Positions 8,873 to 17,269 of a stretch of 39,061 nt of DNA are shown in pieces. The notes beneath the pieces were generated by a model, which had not been told where the DNA came from, made no database searches, and was given only the letters and a program-made list of their open reading frames with translations. Position numbers and translations under genes: made by a program. Position 1 is the first letter of the stretch; each line of letters opens with the position of its first letter. The stretch is from NCBI GenBank assembly GCA_034722055.1, contig JAYENL010000113.1, positions 1 to 39,061 on the forward strand. The letters are read 5' to 3'. The DNA is from Armatimonadota bacterium (GTDB lineage: Bacteria > Armatimonadota > Zipacnadia > Zipacnadales > UBA5352).

Positions 8873-9728
8873 GGTGTTTCCCCCCGCAGGAGCCGAGCGG
8901 CGTGCTGTGCGGAGCGAACATCCGCCGAGTCTCTCCCTCCATCTCGGTGTACATCTGCTGGCGCCTCATGAGGAGGTCGAAGTTGACCTTGTGGGCGTCG
9001 AACTCCGGGCCGTCTATGCAGGCGAACTTCACCTCGCCGCCCACCTCCACCCGACAGCCGCCACACATGCCCGTGCCGTCCACCATGATAGGGTTGAGGC
9101 TGACCACCGTGTGGATGCCGTGGGGGCGCGTGAGCTGGGCCACCGCGCGCATCATGGGGGTGGGGCCGATAGCCAGCACGAAGTCGATCTGCTCGCCGGC
9201 GTCGATGAGCTGCTGCAGGACATCGGTCACGAAGCCCTCGTGGCCGTAGCTGCCGTCGTCGGTGCACACCTCGACGCGATCGCATATCTCCCGGAGGCGG
9301 TCCTCGAGGATGACATGTTCCTTCGAGCGGGCGCCGTTGATGCCGATGAGGTAGTTGCCGGCGTCGCTGAGCGCCCGGGCGATGGATATCACGGGCGCCA
9401 TGCCGTAGCCGCCGCCCATGACCACGCAGGTGCCGTAGTCCTCGATGTGGGTGGGCCGTCCCAGGGGCCCGGAGAGGTTCATGATCTCGTCGCCCACCTG
9501 CATCTGTGCGAGCATCCGGGTGGATGCCCCCACGGCCTGGAAGATCAGCTCGATGGTGCCGGCCTCGGGATCAGAGCTGACGATGGTGAGGGGGAACCGC
9601 TCGCCCTTCTCGTGGATGTGCAGCACAACAAACTGACCCGCCCTGCGGCGGCGAGCTATCTCGGGGGCGTGGACCTCGTAGCGATAGGTGTCAGGCGCGA
9701 TCTGCTCGCGCGTGACGATCTCGTTCAC
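8862..9728 (-). CDS. nfnA: NfnA / sulfide dehydrogenase small subunit-like FAD/NAD-binding [2Fe-2S] protein
   Basis: AGQFVVL...GERFPLTI, GPLG, GGGYG, TDDGSYG, IGPTPMM, SLNPIMVDGTGMCGGCRV...ACIDGPEFD; GTG start after GGAGGAGG. Confidence 0.88.
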   Translation of the reverse strand: MNEIVTREQIAPDTYRYEVHAPEIARRRRAGQFVVLHIHEKGERFPLTIVSSDPEAGTIELIFQAVGASTRMLAQMQVGDEIMNLSGPLGRPTHIEDYGTCVVMGGGYGMAPVISIARALSDAGNYLIGINGARSKEHVILEDRLREICDRVEVCTDDGSYGHEGFVTDVLQQLIDAGEQIDFVLAIGPTPMMRAVAQLTRPHGIHTVVSLNPIMVDGTGMCGGCRVEVGGEVKFACIDGPEFDAHKVNFDLLMRRQQMYTEMEGETRRMFAPHSTPLGSCGGKHHDD

Positions 9729-9783
9729 GACGCCCGAACCTCCTCCACCGGCCGACAAGAGGCCAGTTCGGCCTCACTTCCCA

Positions 9784-9812
9784 AGTATACCGCATCGGGA
9801 AGCAGTCGGCAA
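9784..9812 (-). promoter_or_regulatory. Putative sigma70 promoter of nfnAB
   Basis: Minus strand TTGCCG-N17-TATACT, about 55 nt upstream of the nfnA start. Confidence 0.55.
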
Positions 9813-10036
9813 CCGACTTCCGCATCAGTGACACCTGCTTCCTGCAGGCGCGCAACCAGAGCTGGATGGTCCAGCAGCCACGGCGCTGGCTAAGGTTGTG
9901 TTAAGTCGGTCATTGAGAGAACATTGTAAAGGATCAAGGCGTTAAAGGTAGACAGAGTTAGCAGACGTTCCGGAATGGGTATGCTGTGACTGAGGGAGGG
10001 CGGGCAGCCGAACAGACGGCCCAGGGAGGTGCCGCC

Positions 10037-10519
10037 ATGAGTGCGGTGCATTCGGAGGAGAAGGCCTTCTCCTACGCCCTGGTCAGCGCGGCACCGCTCC
10101 AGGACACGAGAGCAACCGGAATAGGGATCATTTTCAAGGCAGACGATCGCAGCACCGTTCGCAGCATCTGTACCGCAGCCGAGGACACCGATCGCCTCAC
10201 CGCACTCTACGAGGGCGTACTGCTGGTCCTGGATGAAGCGCTGGCTGGAGGCGTTGGACGGCCGGCGATCTACATTGACGACGAGCAGGTCGTGGCTCAA
10301 CTCGAGGGTCGTGCGGCGGTTCCTCGGAGTGTGCTGGCGGCGAACCTGAGGGCGCGGGCCATCATGAACCAGGTAGGAAGGCCCCGGCTCATCGCCGCCA
10401 CACGCTCGTCGCGCTTCTCCGCACGGCGCCTGGCGGAGAGCGCGGCATCGCCTGACACGCGAGGCGTGCGCTCCCCGCCGCGGCAACTGGACCTCGTTTC
10501 GGACGACGCGCCGGGCTGA
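10037..10519 (+). CDS. RNase HI-like (RVT_3-type) fold protein, apparently lacking catalytic residues
   Basis: TGIGIIF...TALYEGVLLVLDEALAGG...IYIDDEQVVAQLEG...ARRLAESA follows the RNase HI pattern (G.G.V...AEYEAL..GL..AL..G...V..DS.LVV.Q..G...AD.LA); RBS GGAGG. Confidence 0.6.
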   Translation: MSAVHSEEKAFSYALVSAAPLQDTRATGIGIIFKADDRSTVRSICTAAEDTDRLTALYEGVLLVLDEALAGGVGRPAIYIDDEQVVAQLEGRAAVPRSVLAANLRARAIMNQVGRPRLIAATRSSRFSARRLAESAASPDTRGVRSPPRQLDLVSDDAPG

Positions 10520-10574
10520 GAGATGGCCGGCGCGTCGTCACCCACCGCGTGAGGGCATGCGTGCGTGCATTGGA

Positions 10575-11225
10575 CTATGCGGGCTCGTACTGCTGTGCCC
10601 CCTGGGCCGGGAGATGCACCAGCCAGATGTTGCGGTAGGAGACCACGTCGCCGTGGTCCTGCAGCATCACCACGCCCGGCTCGCCGATGTTCTCGTCGAG
10701 GTGGCCGCCGGTCGGGCCTGTCAGGACGATATTGTTGTGGATGACGAGCCCGTTGAGGAGAAGCGTCATGCGGGCACACTCCACGATCTGCCCCTGCTCG
10801 TCGAGCCTGGGGGCGCGGAAGATGACGTCGTAGCTCTGCCACTGCTCCGGCGGGCGGCAGGCGTTGACCAGCGGCGCGTGCTGGTTGTAGATGGCGCCGC
10901 AGTCGCCCAGGCCCGGCGTCTCCCAGCCGTAGCTGTCGAGGACCTGGATCTCGTAGCGCCCCTGCAGATAGACGCCTGAGTTGCCCTTGTGCTGGCCCTC
11001 GGCCTCCGGCATGTCCGGGCAGCGGAACTCCAGGTGCAGGAAGCAGTCCTCATGACGCTCGTCGCTGAGGATGTTCCCCGCGCGCGGCGCCACGGTCATG
11101 CAGCCCTCGTCCTCGTCCAGCACCCATCCCGCCGGCGATCCGTCCGCGTGTGACCAGTGCTCCAGGCTGCTGCCGTCGAACAGCGTCGCGACCTCGTACG
11201 GTCCGCTCCTCATCTCTTCGATCAC
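10575..11225 (-). CDS. DUF1080 / 3-keto-disaccharide hydrolase family protein
   Basis: TLFDGSSLEHW, LHLEF, GNSGVYLQGRYEIQVLDS, CGAIY, WQSYDVIF, LQDHGDVVSYRNIW; RBS GGAGG. Confidence 0.88.
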   Translation of the reverse strand: MIEEMRSGPYEVATLFDGSSLEHWSHADGSPAGWVLDEDEGCMTVAPRAGNILSDERHEDCFLHLEFRCPDMPEAEGQHKGNSGVYLQGRYEIQVLDSYGWETPGLGDCGAIYNQHAPLVNACRPPEQWQSYDVIFRAPRLDEQGQIVECARMTLLLNGLVIHNNIVLTGPTGGHLDENIGEPGVVMLQDHGDVVSYRNIWLVHLPAQGAQQYEPA

Positions 11226-11260
11226 GGCTGACCCTCCTGATGTGCAATCCCTCGGCCGTC

Positions 11261-13171
11261 TCAGACCATCATGCCGAAGGGCTCAAAACGCATTGTCGCC
11301 GTCTCCGCCAGCCGCCGGAGCCAGGCACCGGAGGCGTCCACCGCCACGAACCACCACCACGGTGGGCGGTAGTTCGACATCTCCAGCCCCACCGTGCGGT
11401 AGGCGTCCGCCAGCGCCCGCAGCTTTCGCTGCTGGATCTCCAGGATGATCTCGTGGTAGCGCTCCTGCAGTCGCAGGTGCTCCTCGGACTGGGCCAGCTC
11501 CAGGATGCGGGCGATGATCTGCTCCCGCTGCTCCCTCAGCGGCTGCAGCTCATCCTCGGGCGGGGCCTCGTGAGCGGCATCGGCGGCGCGGAGGAGCTGC
11601 TTGATCTCGATCCAGAGAGCCCGGGAGCGCTCCCGAAGGGCCTGGATCCGGGAGCCGGACTCCCGCCGGGCCTCCGCCACCCGGTCATGCGCCGGGCGGA
11701 GGTCGCCCACCTCCTCGCCGGCGTCCTCCAGGACGCGAAGGATATCGTCCGGGGCACGGGCCTCCCCCAGGCGCTCGATGATGGTGCGAGCGCGCGCAAC
11801 CGCCGCCCGCCAGCGCTGCGCGAATTGCCGCGCGGTCAGCCGCTGCTCGCCGAAGAGGCGCGCCAGGTGCGGCGGCAGCCGCAGGCAGGCGTCCGCGGCC
11901 TCCATGGCATCGTAGGTCTCGAAGTGCAGGCGGGCGAGCGGGTGCAGCTCCAGCTCGATGCCGGCGCGGCGTAACATGCGGATGAGGCGATGCGTCTGGG
12001 GCAGGTAGACGGAGGCGTTCTCAAGCATGACCATGGTGAACTCGCGGCTCATCATGGTCGGCAGCACAACCGCCTTCCCTATCAGGCGCAGCGCGCAGCC
12101 GAACACGGACGCCCCAGCCCGCAGCAGGTCGTGCCGGTTGGTGACGGGCCCATCCATCTCCGCCTCGGCCGGCCCGTTGGGGAGCTCGAAGATGACGCGG
12201 TTATCCACCACGCGGATCGTCCCCCTGCCCCGCCCGCAGACCACGATGTCGAAGGGGATGGCGCCCTCCCCGAACTGCTCCAGCCGGTAGATGCCGGTGT
12301 GACCCATGACGGTGTCGTAGGCCGCGGAGGCGGCAGGTCGAGTCTCGGGGTCCAGGAAGATGTCCACCACGTCGAAGCGGGGCCGATCCACGGTATTGGG
12401 CGTGAATAGGAAGATGTCGGTGGAGGCGGTGATGCGCGCCTGCCGCGGGATCGCCCCCAGCAGCACATCGTAGAAGCCGTGCAGCAGGCACAGGTAGAGG
12501 TCCGTGAGCGTGCGCTCAAAGCCCTCGGCGCGGCACTTGCCGACGAGCCTCTCCACCTCCGCCAGCACCCGCTCGGCGCTGCGCTGCGAGCTGTCGTCAA
12601 GCAGCACGTCGCGGCTGCGGTCCACCGCCCACTCCATCAGCTCCAGGACCGTGGGCGCGACCCGGGCCGCGAGGATGTCGCAGGCCACCGTCCTGTCGGC
12701 GCCGTGGTTGGCCACGCCGCGCCAGCCCCAGGCCATGGTGGCCTCGCGATAGAACTGGCGAGGGCCGTCCGGGTGGCGGCGAGCGAGCTGGCGGAGAGGC
12801 ACGCCGGCGCTGCGGAGCTGCTGGCGTGTCACCGGGTGCTCGGTGCCCAGCACGGCGGAGGTCTCCGCCACCGCGGCCCACATCTGCCTGGTGCGGTCAT
12901 CGTCGCGGGGCTGGAGCGAGAAGCCGCCGTTCTGGGCGGGCGGCTCCGGCAGCTTGCTGAAATAGTCTGTATCGTGAGCGCCGGCCACCAGGCGCAGCTC
13001 CGGGGCGTACTGCTGCGCGGCCTCCACCAGCATGGACTTGAGCAGCTCGTCCCAGAACACGGTCTGGCCCAGGGCCAGAAGCGGCACCCCGCGCTCGGCC
13101 CGATCTGTGATACACGCGATTACCGACTCCGTGAAGTCGGCCCCGCTGAGGGCCCGCGGGAACTCCGGCAT
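11261..13171 (-). CDS. Large hypothetical protein with C-terminal coiled coil (possible remote BshC-like fold)
   Basis: 636-codon ORF, RBS AGGAGG before ATG 13171, coding-like composition; function not recognisable with confidence. Confidence 0.7.
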   Translation of the reverse strand: MPEFPRALSGADFTESVIACITDRAERGVPLLALGQTVFWDELLKSMLVEAAQQYAPELRLVAGAHDTDYFSKLPEPPAQNGGFSLQPRDDDRTRQMWAAVAETSAVLGTEHPVTRQQLRSAGVPLRQLARRHPDGPRQFYREATMAWGWRGVANHGADRTVACDILAARVAPTVLELMEWAVDRSRDVLLDDSSQRSAERVLAEVERLVGKCRAEGFERTLTDLYLCLLHGFYDVLLGAIPRQARITASTDIFLFTPNTVDRPRFDVVDIFLDPETRPAASAAYDTVMGHTGIYRLEQFGEGAIPFDIVVCGRGRGTIRVVDNRVIFELPNGPAEAEMDGPVTNRHDLLRAGASVFGCALRLIGKAVVLPTMMSREFTMVMLENASVYLPQTHRLIRMLRRAGIELELHPLARLHFETYDAMEAADACLRLPPHLARLFGEQRLTARQFAQRWRAAVARARTIIERLGEARAPDDILRVLEDAGEEVGDLRPAHDRVAEARRESGSRIQALRERSRALWIEIKQLLRAADAAHEAPPEDELQPLREQREQIIARILELAQSEEHLRLQERYHEIILEIQQRKLRALADAYRTVGLEMSNYRPPWWWFVAVDASGAWLRRLAETATMRFEPFGMMV

Positions 13172-13320
13172 GCGATGGTCCTCCTGTCCTGCAGCGCCGT
13201 TGGCGCTTGGTGAGAGTGCGCCACCGGCCATTGCCGGCAAGCGCACTTGAGTTTGTGGATTCGCCGGGGATGCAGGGAGTCCCTGCCCCCAGCGCGGCGT
13301 GGATAATGGATAGCCGTTGT

Positions 13321-13580
13321 GGAGGGGCCGGACCACTGTCCGGCCCGCCGTTGACTTGTCGCTGTCAGGTCGTCGGTGCCCGCCGACCTTGACATGAACG
13401 GCGCACGGACAGGAGTGTCCGTGCCACGGACGACAGAGGGCGTAGTCCCGATGCCGTACGGAGCGGCGGCGTGCCTACGCCGCCCGCCGTTGCTGCCGTT
13501 CGTCGTCAGCTCGTCGCTCGCGGGTCGTTGCTCGTAGCTGTCCGTATGGAGAGGCCGGACTACTGTCCGGCCCGCCGTTG
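13321..13580. repeat. Mosaic cluster of four REP-like hairpin units (BIME-like)
   Basis: +13321-13353 GGAG-GGGCCGGAC-CACT-GTCCGGCCC-GCCGTTG; -13397-13427 GTG-GCACGGACA-CTCC-TGTCCGTGC-GCCGTT; +13460-13492 GGAG-C-GGCGGCGT-GCCT-ACGCCGCC-C-GCCGTTG; +13548-13580 GGAG-A-GGCCGGAC-TACT-GTCCGGCC-C-GCCGTTG. Confidence 0.8.
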
Positions 13581-13616
13581 TCTCCCGGCATCGCGGAAGT
13601 CAGCGCGCAGCGCCTA

Positions 13617-14633
13617 TCAGAGCCCGAGCGCCGCTCGCAGGTGCGGCTCGAGACCGTCGGCCATACTGGTGAAGCCCATGTCGCTGGGGTGGCTCTGATC
13701 CACCAGGCCGTCGCGGTCATCGGGCCCCAGCATCTCATAGCCCTCGACGAGGGAGATGTTCCCGTCGCCCATCGCCTGACGCTGCTCGACGGCGGCGCGG
13801 ATGATCGCGCGCATTCCGTCATGGCGCCCGCTGGTGGGGGCGATGACCTCGTGGGTGGAGAAGATGGCGGTCACGCAGATGATGGGCGTTTCGGGCCGAT
13901 CCTGGCGGATGCGCGCCAGGAAGGGTGCGTAACGCACCTCCAGCTCCTCCAGTGTTGGGCAGTTCTGGCAGAAGTCGATGACGTAGCAGCTCGCGTCGAT
14001 CTCCGCCATGGCCTCCGCCAGCTCCGGCTCCCCGCGCCCGTTGCCTGAGAAGCCGAGGTTGACGAAGTCCAGGTTCAGCCGGCGGCTGACGATGGCCTGA
14101 TAGCTCATCCCCGCGTGCGACGCGCAGCCGCCCTGGGTGATGGAGGAGCCGTAGTACACGACCGGTCGCTCGAGGGCGAAAGGCGCCGGCGGCTCGATGG
14201 CCGCGCCGCCGGAGAGTCCGATCGCCTGCACCTCGACCGGTCCGTAAAGACCCAGATACAGGCAGATCTCGCGGCGCTGCGGCGGGTGATCCTCGAAGAC
14301 GACCTCCTCGAGGTCGTGGTCATCCCCGGGCGGGAAGACCGGGCGCCAGAAGTCGCCATCCCCCCACACGTCAATGCCAAGCTGTCCGGTGCGGGGCATG
14401 TTGTTCATGTGGTTGAGGTGCGGGAAGTGGGCGCGGATAGACAGCGCGGTTGAGTCCGTGGCGAAGCGGATGCGCGCGCCACTGGGGCTGTGCGCGAGGT
14501 TCCAGACCGGCTCCCGGACGCGGTCGCGATACCGCTCCGGCAGGCGGATGAGCTTCGGCCGCGTCTCCTCCCACCACGGGAGTCCGTTCACAACGAGACG
14601 GCTATCCGGGAACTCGATCCACTGCATTCTCAT
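13617..14633 (-). CDS. SGNH/GDSL hydrolase with N-terminal beta domain
   Basis: VVYYGSSITQG (block I), NLGFSGNG (block II), DQSHPSDMG (block V), N-terminal GARIRFATDS. Start uncertain (14633 or 14627). Confidence 0.88.
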   Translation of the reverse strand: MRMQWIEFPDSRLVVNGLPWWEETRPKLIRLPERYRDRVREPVWNLAHSPSGARIRFATDSTALSIRAHFPHLNHMNNMPRTGQLGIDVWGDGDFWRPVFPPGDDHDLEEVVFEDHPPQRREICLYLGLYGPVEVQAIGLSGGAAIEPPAPFALERPVVYYGSSITQGGCASHAGMSYQAIVSRRLNLDFVNLGFSGNGRGEPELAEAMAEIDASCYVIDFCQNCPTLEELEVRYAPFLARIRQDRPETPIICVTAIFSTHEVIAPTSGRHDGMRAIIRAAVEQRQAMGDGNISLVEGYEMLGPDDRDGLVDQSHPSDMGFTSMADGLEPHLRAALGL

Positions 14634-14791
14634 GCGCGGCGGGCAGCCGCGGACACCTCCCTGAGGTTGGATGCGCGGCAGTTCGCTGCGACGCCGCCTG
14701 GCACCTGCGCCCGTGCTGCGGAGGTGTGGGCGCTCAGGGCAGCGAACCCTCCCCCGCGGTTTCACGACTGCAGAGCTGGAGGCGAGGCGCC

Positions 14792-15298
14792 TTGCGGATT
14801 GCGGCAGTGATTGCGGCCATCGTCAGCATCGCGGCAGTGGTGTGCCTGATGGGGTGTGAGGGGGACGCGATCTACAGTATCGACGGGGACTGGGCGATCG
14901 GCACTGTGCGGTTCAGCTACGGTGGCGGGAAGACCTGGACGCTGCGCGACGTGCTGATCACGGTGGACACGATGGACGACGTCATCTACTTCTCCGGGTA
15001 CGACTCGGAGGGGCAGCTCTGGGGCTACTATGGTGAGTACGATCGCACGGTGAATCGCGTGGTGGCCCAGGACCTGCCCGAGATCGACTTCGGCTCGGAG
15101 GATCTGATGGACCTGCGGCTGGAGTTCACAAGCAGCCGCGTTGACGGGGCGGCCATCAACTGGGTGTACGACGGGGACGATCTGACCGACGTCGGCGCCG
15201 CCAACGTGGGCGGCCACCGGGTCTACAGCCGCGCCGCCCGCGAGATGGACGCGGCGGCGGGCGATGAGAAGCAGCCCAAGCTGCAGGCCGCGGAGTAG
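14792..15298 (+). CDS. Hypothetical lipoprotein
   Basis: TTG start after GGAGG gives MRIAAVIAAIVSIAAVVCLMG-C (lipobox LMGC); acidic, beta-rich mature part. Confidence 0.7.
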   Translation: MRIAAVIAAIVSIAAVVCLMGCEGDAIYSIDGDWAIGTVRFSYGGGKTWTLRDVLITVDTMDDVIYFSGYDSEGQLWGYYGEYDRTVNRVVAQDLPEIDFGSEDLMDLRLEFTSSRVDGAAINWVYDGDDLTDVGAANVGGHRVYSRAAREMDAAAGDEKQPKLQAAE

Positions 15299-15322
15299 GC
15301 ATGCCGACGCAGTGCAGGAAGT

Positions 15323-15353
15323 GAGCCCGGCCGCCGGGGCAGCGGCCGGGCTC
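15323..15353. terminator. Hairpin between convergent genes (possible bidirectional terminator)
   Basis: GAGCCCGGCCGC-N7-GCGGCCGGGCTC, 12-bp perfect stem; no U-tract. Confidence 0.5.
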
Positions 15354-15380
15354 CTGAGCAGCCTCTGAGGGAGGTACGGT

Positions 15381-17222
15381 TCAGAGGTCGGTGCTCAAAC
15401 CGGCGAGGATGTTGAAGCCGGGCGAGGGGTAGTTGGCCGCGGCCTCGTAGTCCTGGTCGAGGAGGTTGTTGCCGCGGACCCAGACTTCGAGGTCATCGGA
15501 CAGCTCGTGGGTCGCGCCCACGTTCACCAGGTGGTAGCTGGCGACGGGGTCGGGCCCCGGGAAGGTGACTGCGTCCAGGCGGCGGCCGACGTAGACCAGC
15601 TCGATCTCGGCGTTGGTGCCCCCACCCTCATAGCCAAGTGAGTAGCTGGCCGTCCAGTCGGGCCGGCGCAGCAGCGGCTCGCCGTCGGTCCACCAGCTCA
15701 ACCTCGTAAGGCTGCAGCGGTCGGACCAGTGCTCGTCGTACCGCCGCCGCACCGATAGCTCGATCCCCTCGGTGCTGGCGGAGGCCACGTTGACGGGCTG
15801 CCAGACGAACTGCTCCACCTCCCGCCACTGGATGAGGTCGTCGAACTCGTTGCGGAAGTACGCAAGCTCGAGGGTGGCGTCGCCGTCGATGCTGTCCCAG
15901 ACGCCGACCTCCCAGGAGTCGGAGGTCTCGGGCACCAGGTCCTCATTGCCCGAGCCCGGGAAGTACAGCTCATTGAAGGTGGGGATGCGATAGGCGGTGC
16001 CGTAGTTGAGCCACGCGCCGCGGCGGCCGTCCTCGAACAGCCGGGTGAGGCCGACGCGCCAGGTGGTCTCGGAGTCGAACAGGTCGTAATCCTGCCAGCG
16101 GGCGCCGGCGATGAAGCGCCAGTCCTCCGGGCGGTACTGGACCTGGGCGAAGACAGCCTGGGAGTCGTTGTCGGCGCTGTAGGAGCCCATCGAGGTGTCG
16201 GAGTACTGGCCCTCGGCGGTGCGGTACTCCGCGCCGGCGGTGATGGTGGAGCGCTCGGCGATCCAGTCGCGCTGATAGCTGGCCTGGAAGTACTCCGGCT
16301 CGGCGTTGGACGCCTGCGGGTTGCCCGAGAAGTCCATGTACCGGAAGTCGTAGTCCTCCTGCCAGTAGCCGAGGCGGACGGTGTCGCGGCTGGCGAGGCC
16401 CTCGCGGGTCCAGGCCAGCGAGGCCAGGCCGGCGGCGGTGGACTGCCGGTCGTTGGGCGTGGGTGAGGCGATGGGGCCCGGGACGCCCAGGTCGTAGTCG
16501 TAGTAGCGCGCGGTGAGCGTCAGCATCCCGGATGCCAGCGGCTCATCCCACCGGCCTGCCAGGGTGTAGCCGTCGTAGTCGGAGTTGTGGCGCACGCTGT
16601 CGGTCTGCAGCCAGCTTCCGCAGATGCCCACGCCCTGCTGGCCCTCGCCAGTGCCCCACGAGAAGTCAGCGCGGGAGGAGCCGTAGTTGCCGGCTCCGGC
16701 GCGGACGGCATCGTCGGTCTGCCCGCCCGTGCGGGTGAAGATCTGCACCACGCCGGCCATGGCGTCGGCGCCCCACAGGGTCGTGTAAGGCCCCTTGACG
16801 ACCTCGACGCGCTGGACCTGGTCGAGCGTGAGGTTCGCCAGGTCCGCGCCGCCGAGCATGGGGTTGTTGACGCGCACACCGTCAACGAGCACGAGCGTCT
16901 GGTTGTTGCTGCCGCCGCGGTTGATGAGGGTCGTGGCGCCGCCGAAGCCGCCCTGCTGGATGACGTGCACGCCGGGGAGCGTGCGCAGCAGGTCCTCGAC
17001 CGTCTCGGCCCGGGAGCGGTCGATCTGCTCCCGTTCGATGGTGTAGGCCGATGCGGCGACGTCGGTGGACTGCTCCTCGGTGCGTGTGGCGCTGAAGGTG
17101 ACCTCGACCTCGATGGAGGGCTGCTCCTCGAAGGTCGCGGTGGCGTCATCCGCTGCGGCGAGGCCTGCGATGAGCAGGGCCGCGAGCGCGACGACGATGG
17201 TCATGGCTGTCTGCCGATGCAT
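15381..17222 (-). CDS. TonB-dependent outer-membrane receptor, BtuB-like (cobalamin)
   Basis: Signal peptide; VTFSATR; plug motifs LLRTLPGV, RGG...TLVLVDGVR, RVEVVKGP...WGADAMAGVVQIFT; AYRIPTFNELY, NEDLVPE, LLRRP, NNLLDQDYE...YPSPG; lies downstream of a cobalamin riboswitch. Confidence 0.9.
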   Translation of the reverse strand: MHRQTAMTIVVALAALLIAGLAAADDATATFEEQPSIEVEVTFSATRTEEQSTDVAASAYTIEREQIDRSRAETVEDLLRTLPGVHVIQQGGFGGATTLINRGGSNNQTLVLVDGVRVNNPMLGGADLANLTLDQVQRVEVVKGPYTTLWGADAMAGVVQIFTRTGGQTDDAVRAGAGNYGSSRADFSWGTGEGQQGVGICGSWLQTDSVRHNSDYDGYTLAGRWDEPLASGMLTLTARYYDYDLGVPGPIASPTPNDRQSTAAGLASLAWTREGLASRDTVRLGYWQEDYDFRYMDFSGNPQASNAEPEYFQASYQRDWIAERSTITAGAEYRTAEGQYSDTSMGSYSADNDSQAVFAQVQYRPEDWRFIAGARWQDYDLFDSETTWRVGLTRLFEDGRRGAWLNYGTAYRIPTFNELYFPGSGNEDLVPETSDSWEVGVWDSIDGDATLELAYFRNEFDDLIQWREVEQFVWQPVNVASASTEGIELSVRRRYDEHWSDRCSLTRLSWWTDGEPLLRRPDWTASYSLGYEGGGTNAEIELVYVGRRLDAVTFPGPDPVASYHLVNVGATHELSDDLEVWVRGNNLLDQDYEAAANYPSPGFNILAGLSTDL

Positions 17223-17269
17223 CTGGAACTCTCCCTCCCTGGTTGTGCCACGGGCTGCCCGGCGCCCGC

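Noticed and set aside
10037..10519. Reverse transcriptase, retron or DGR component
   Set aside because: Only RNase H-like similarity; no YxDD polymerase motif, msr/msd structure or adenine-specific TR/VR repeat pair found.
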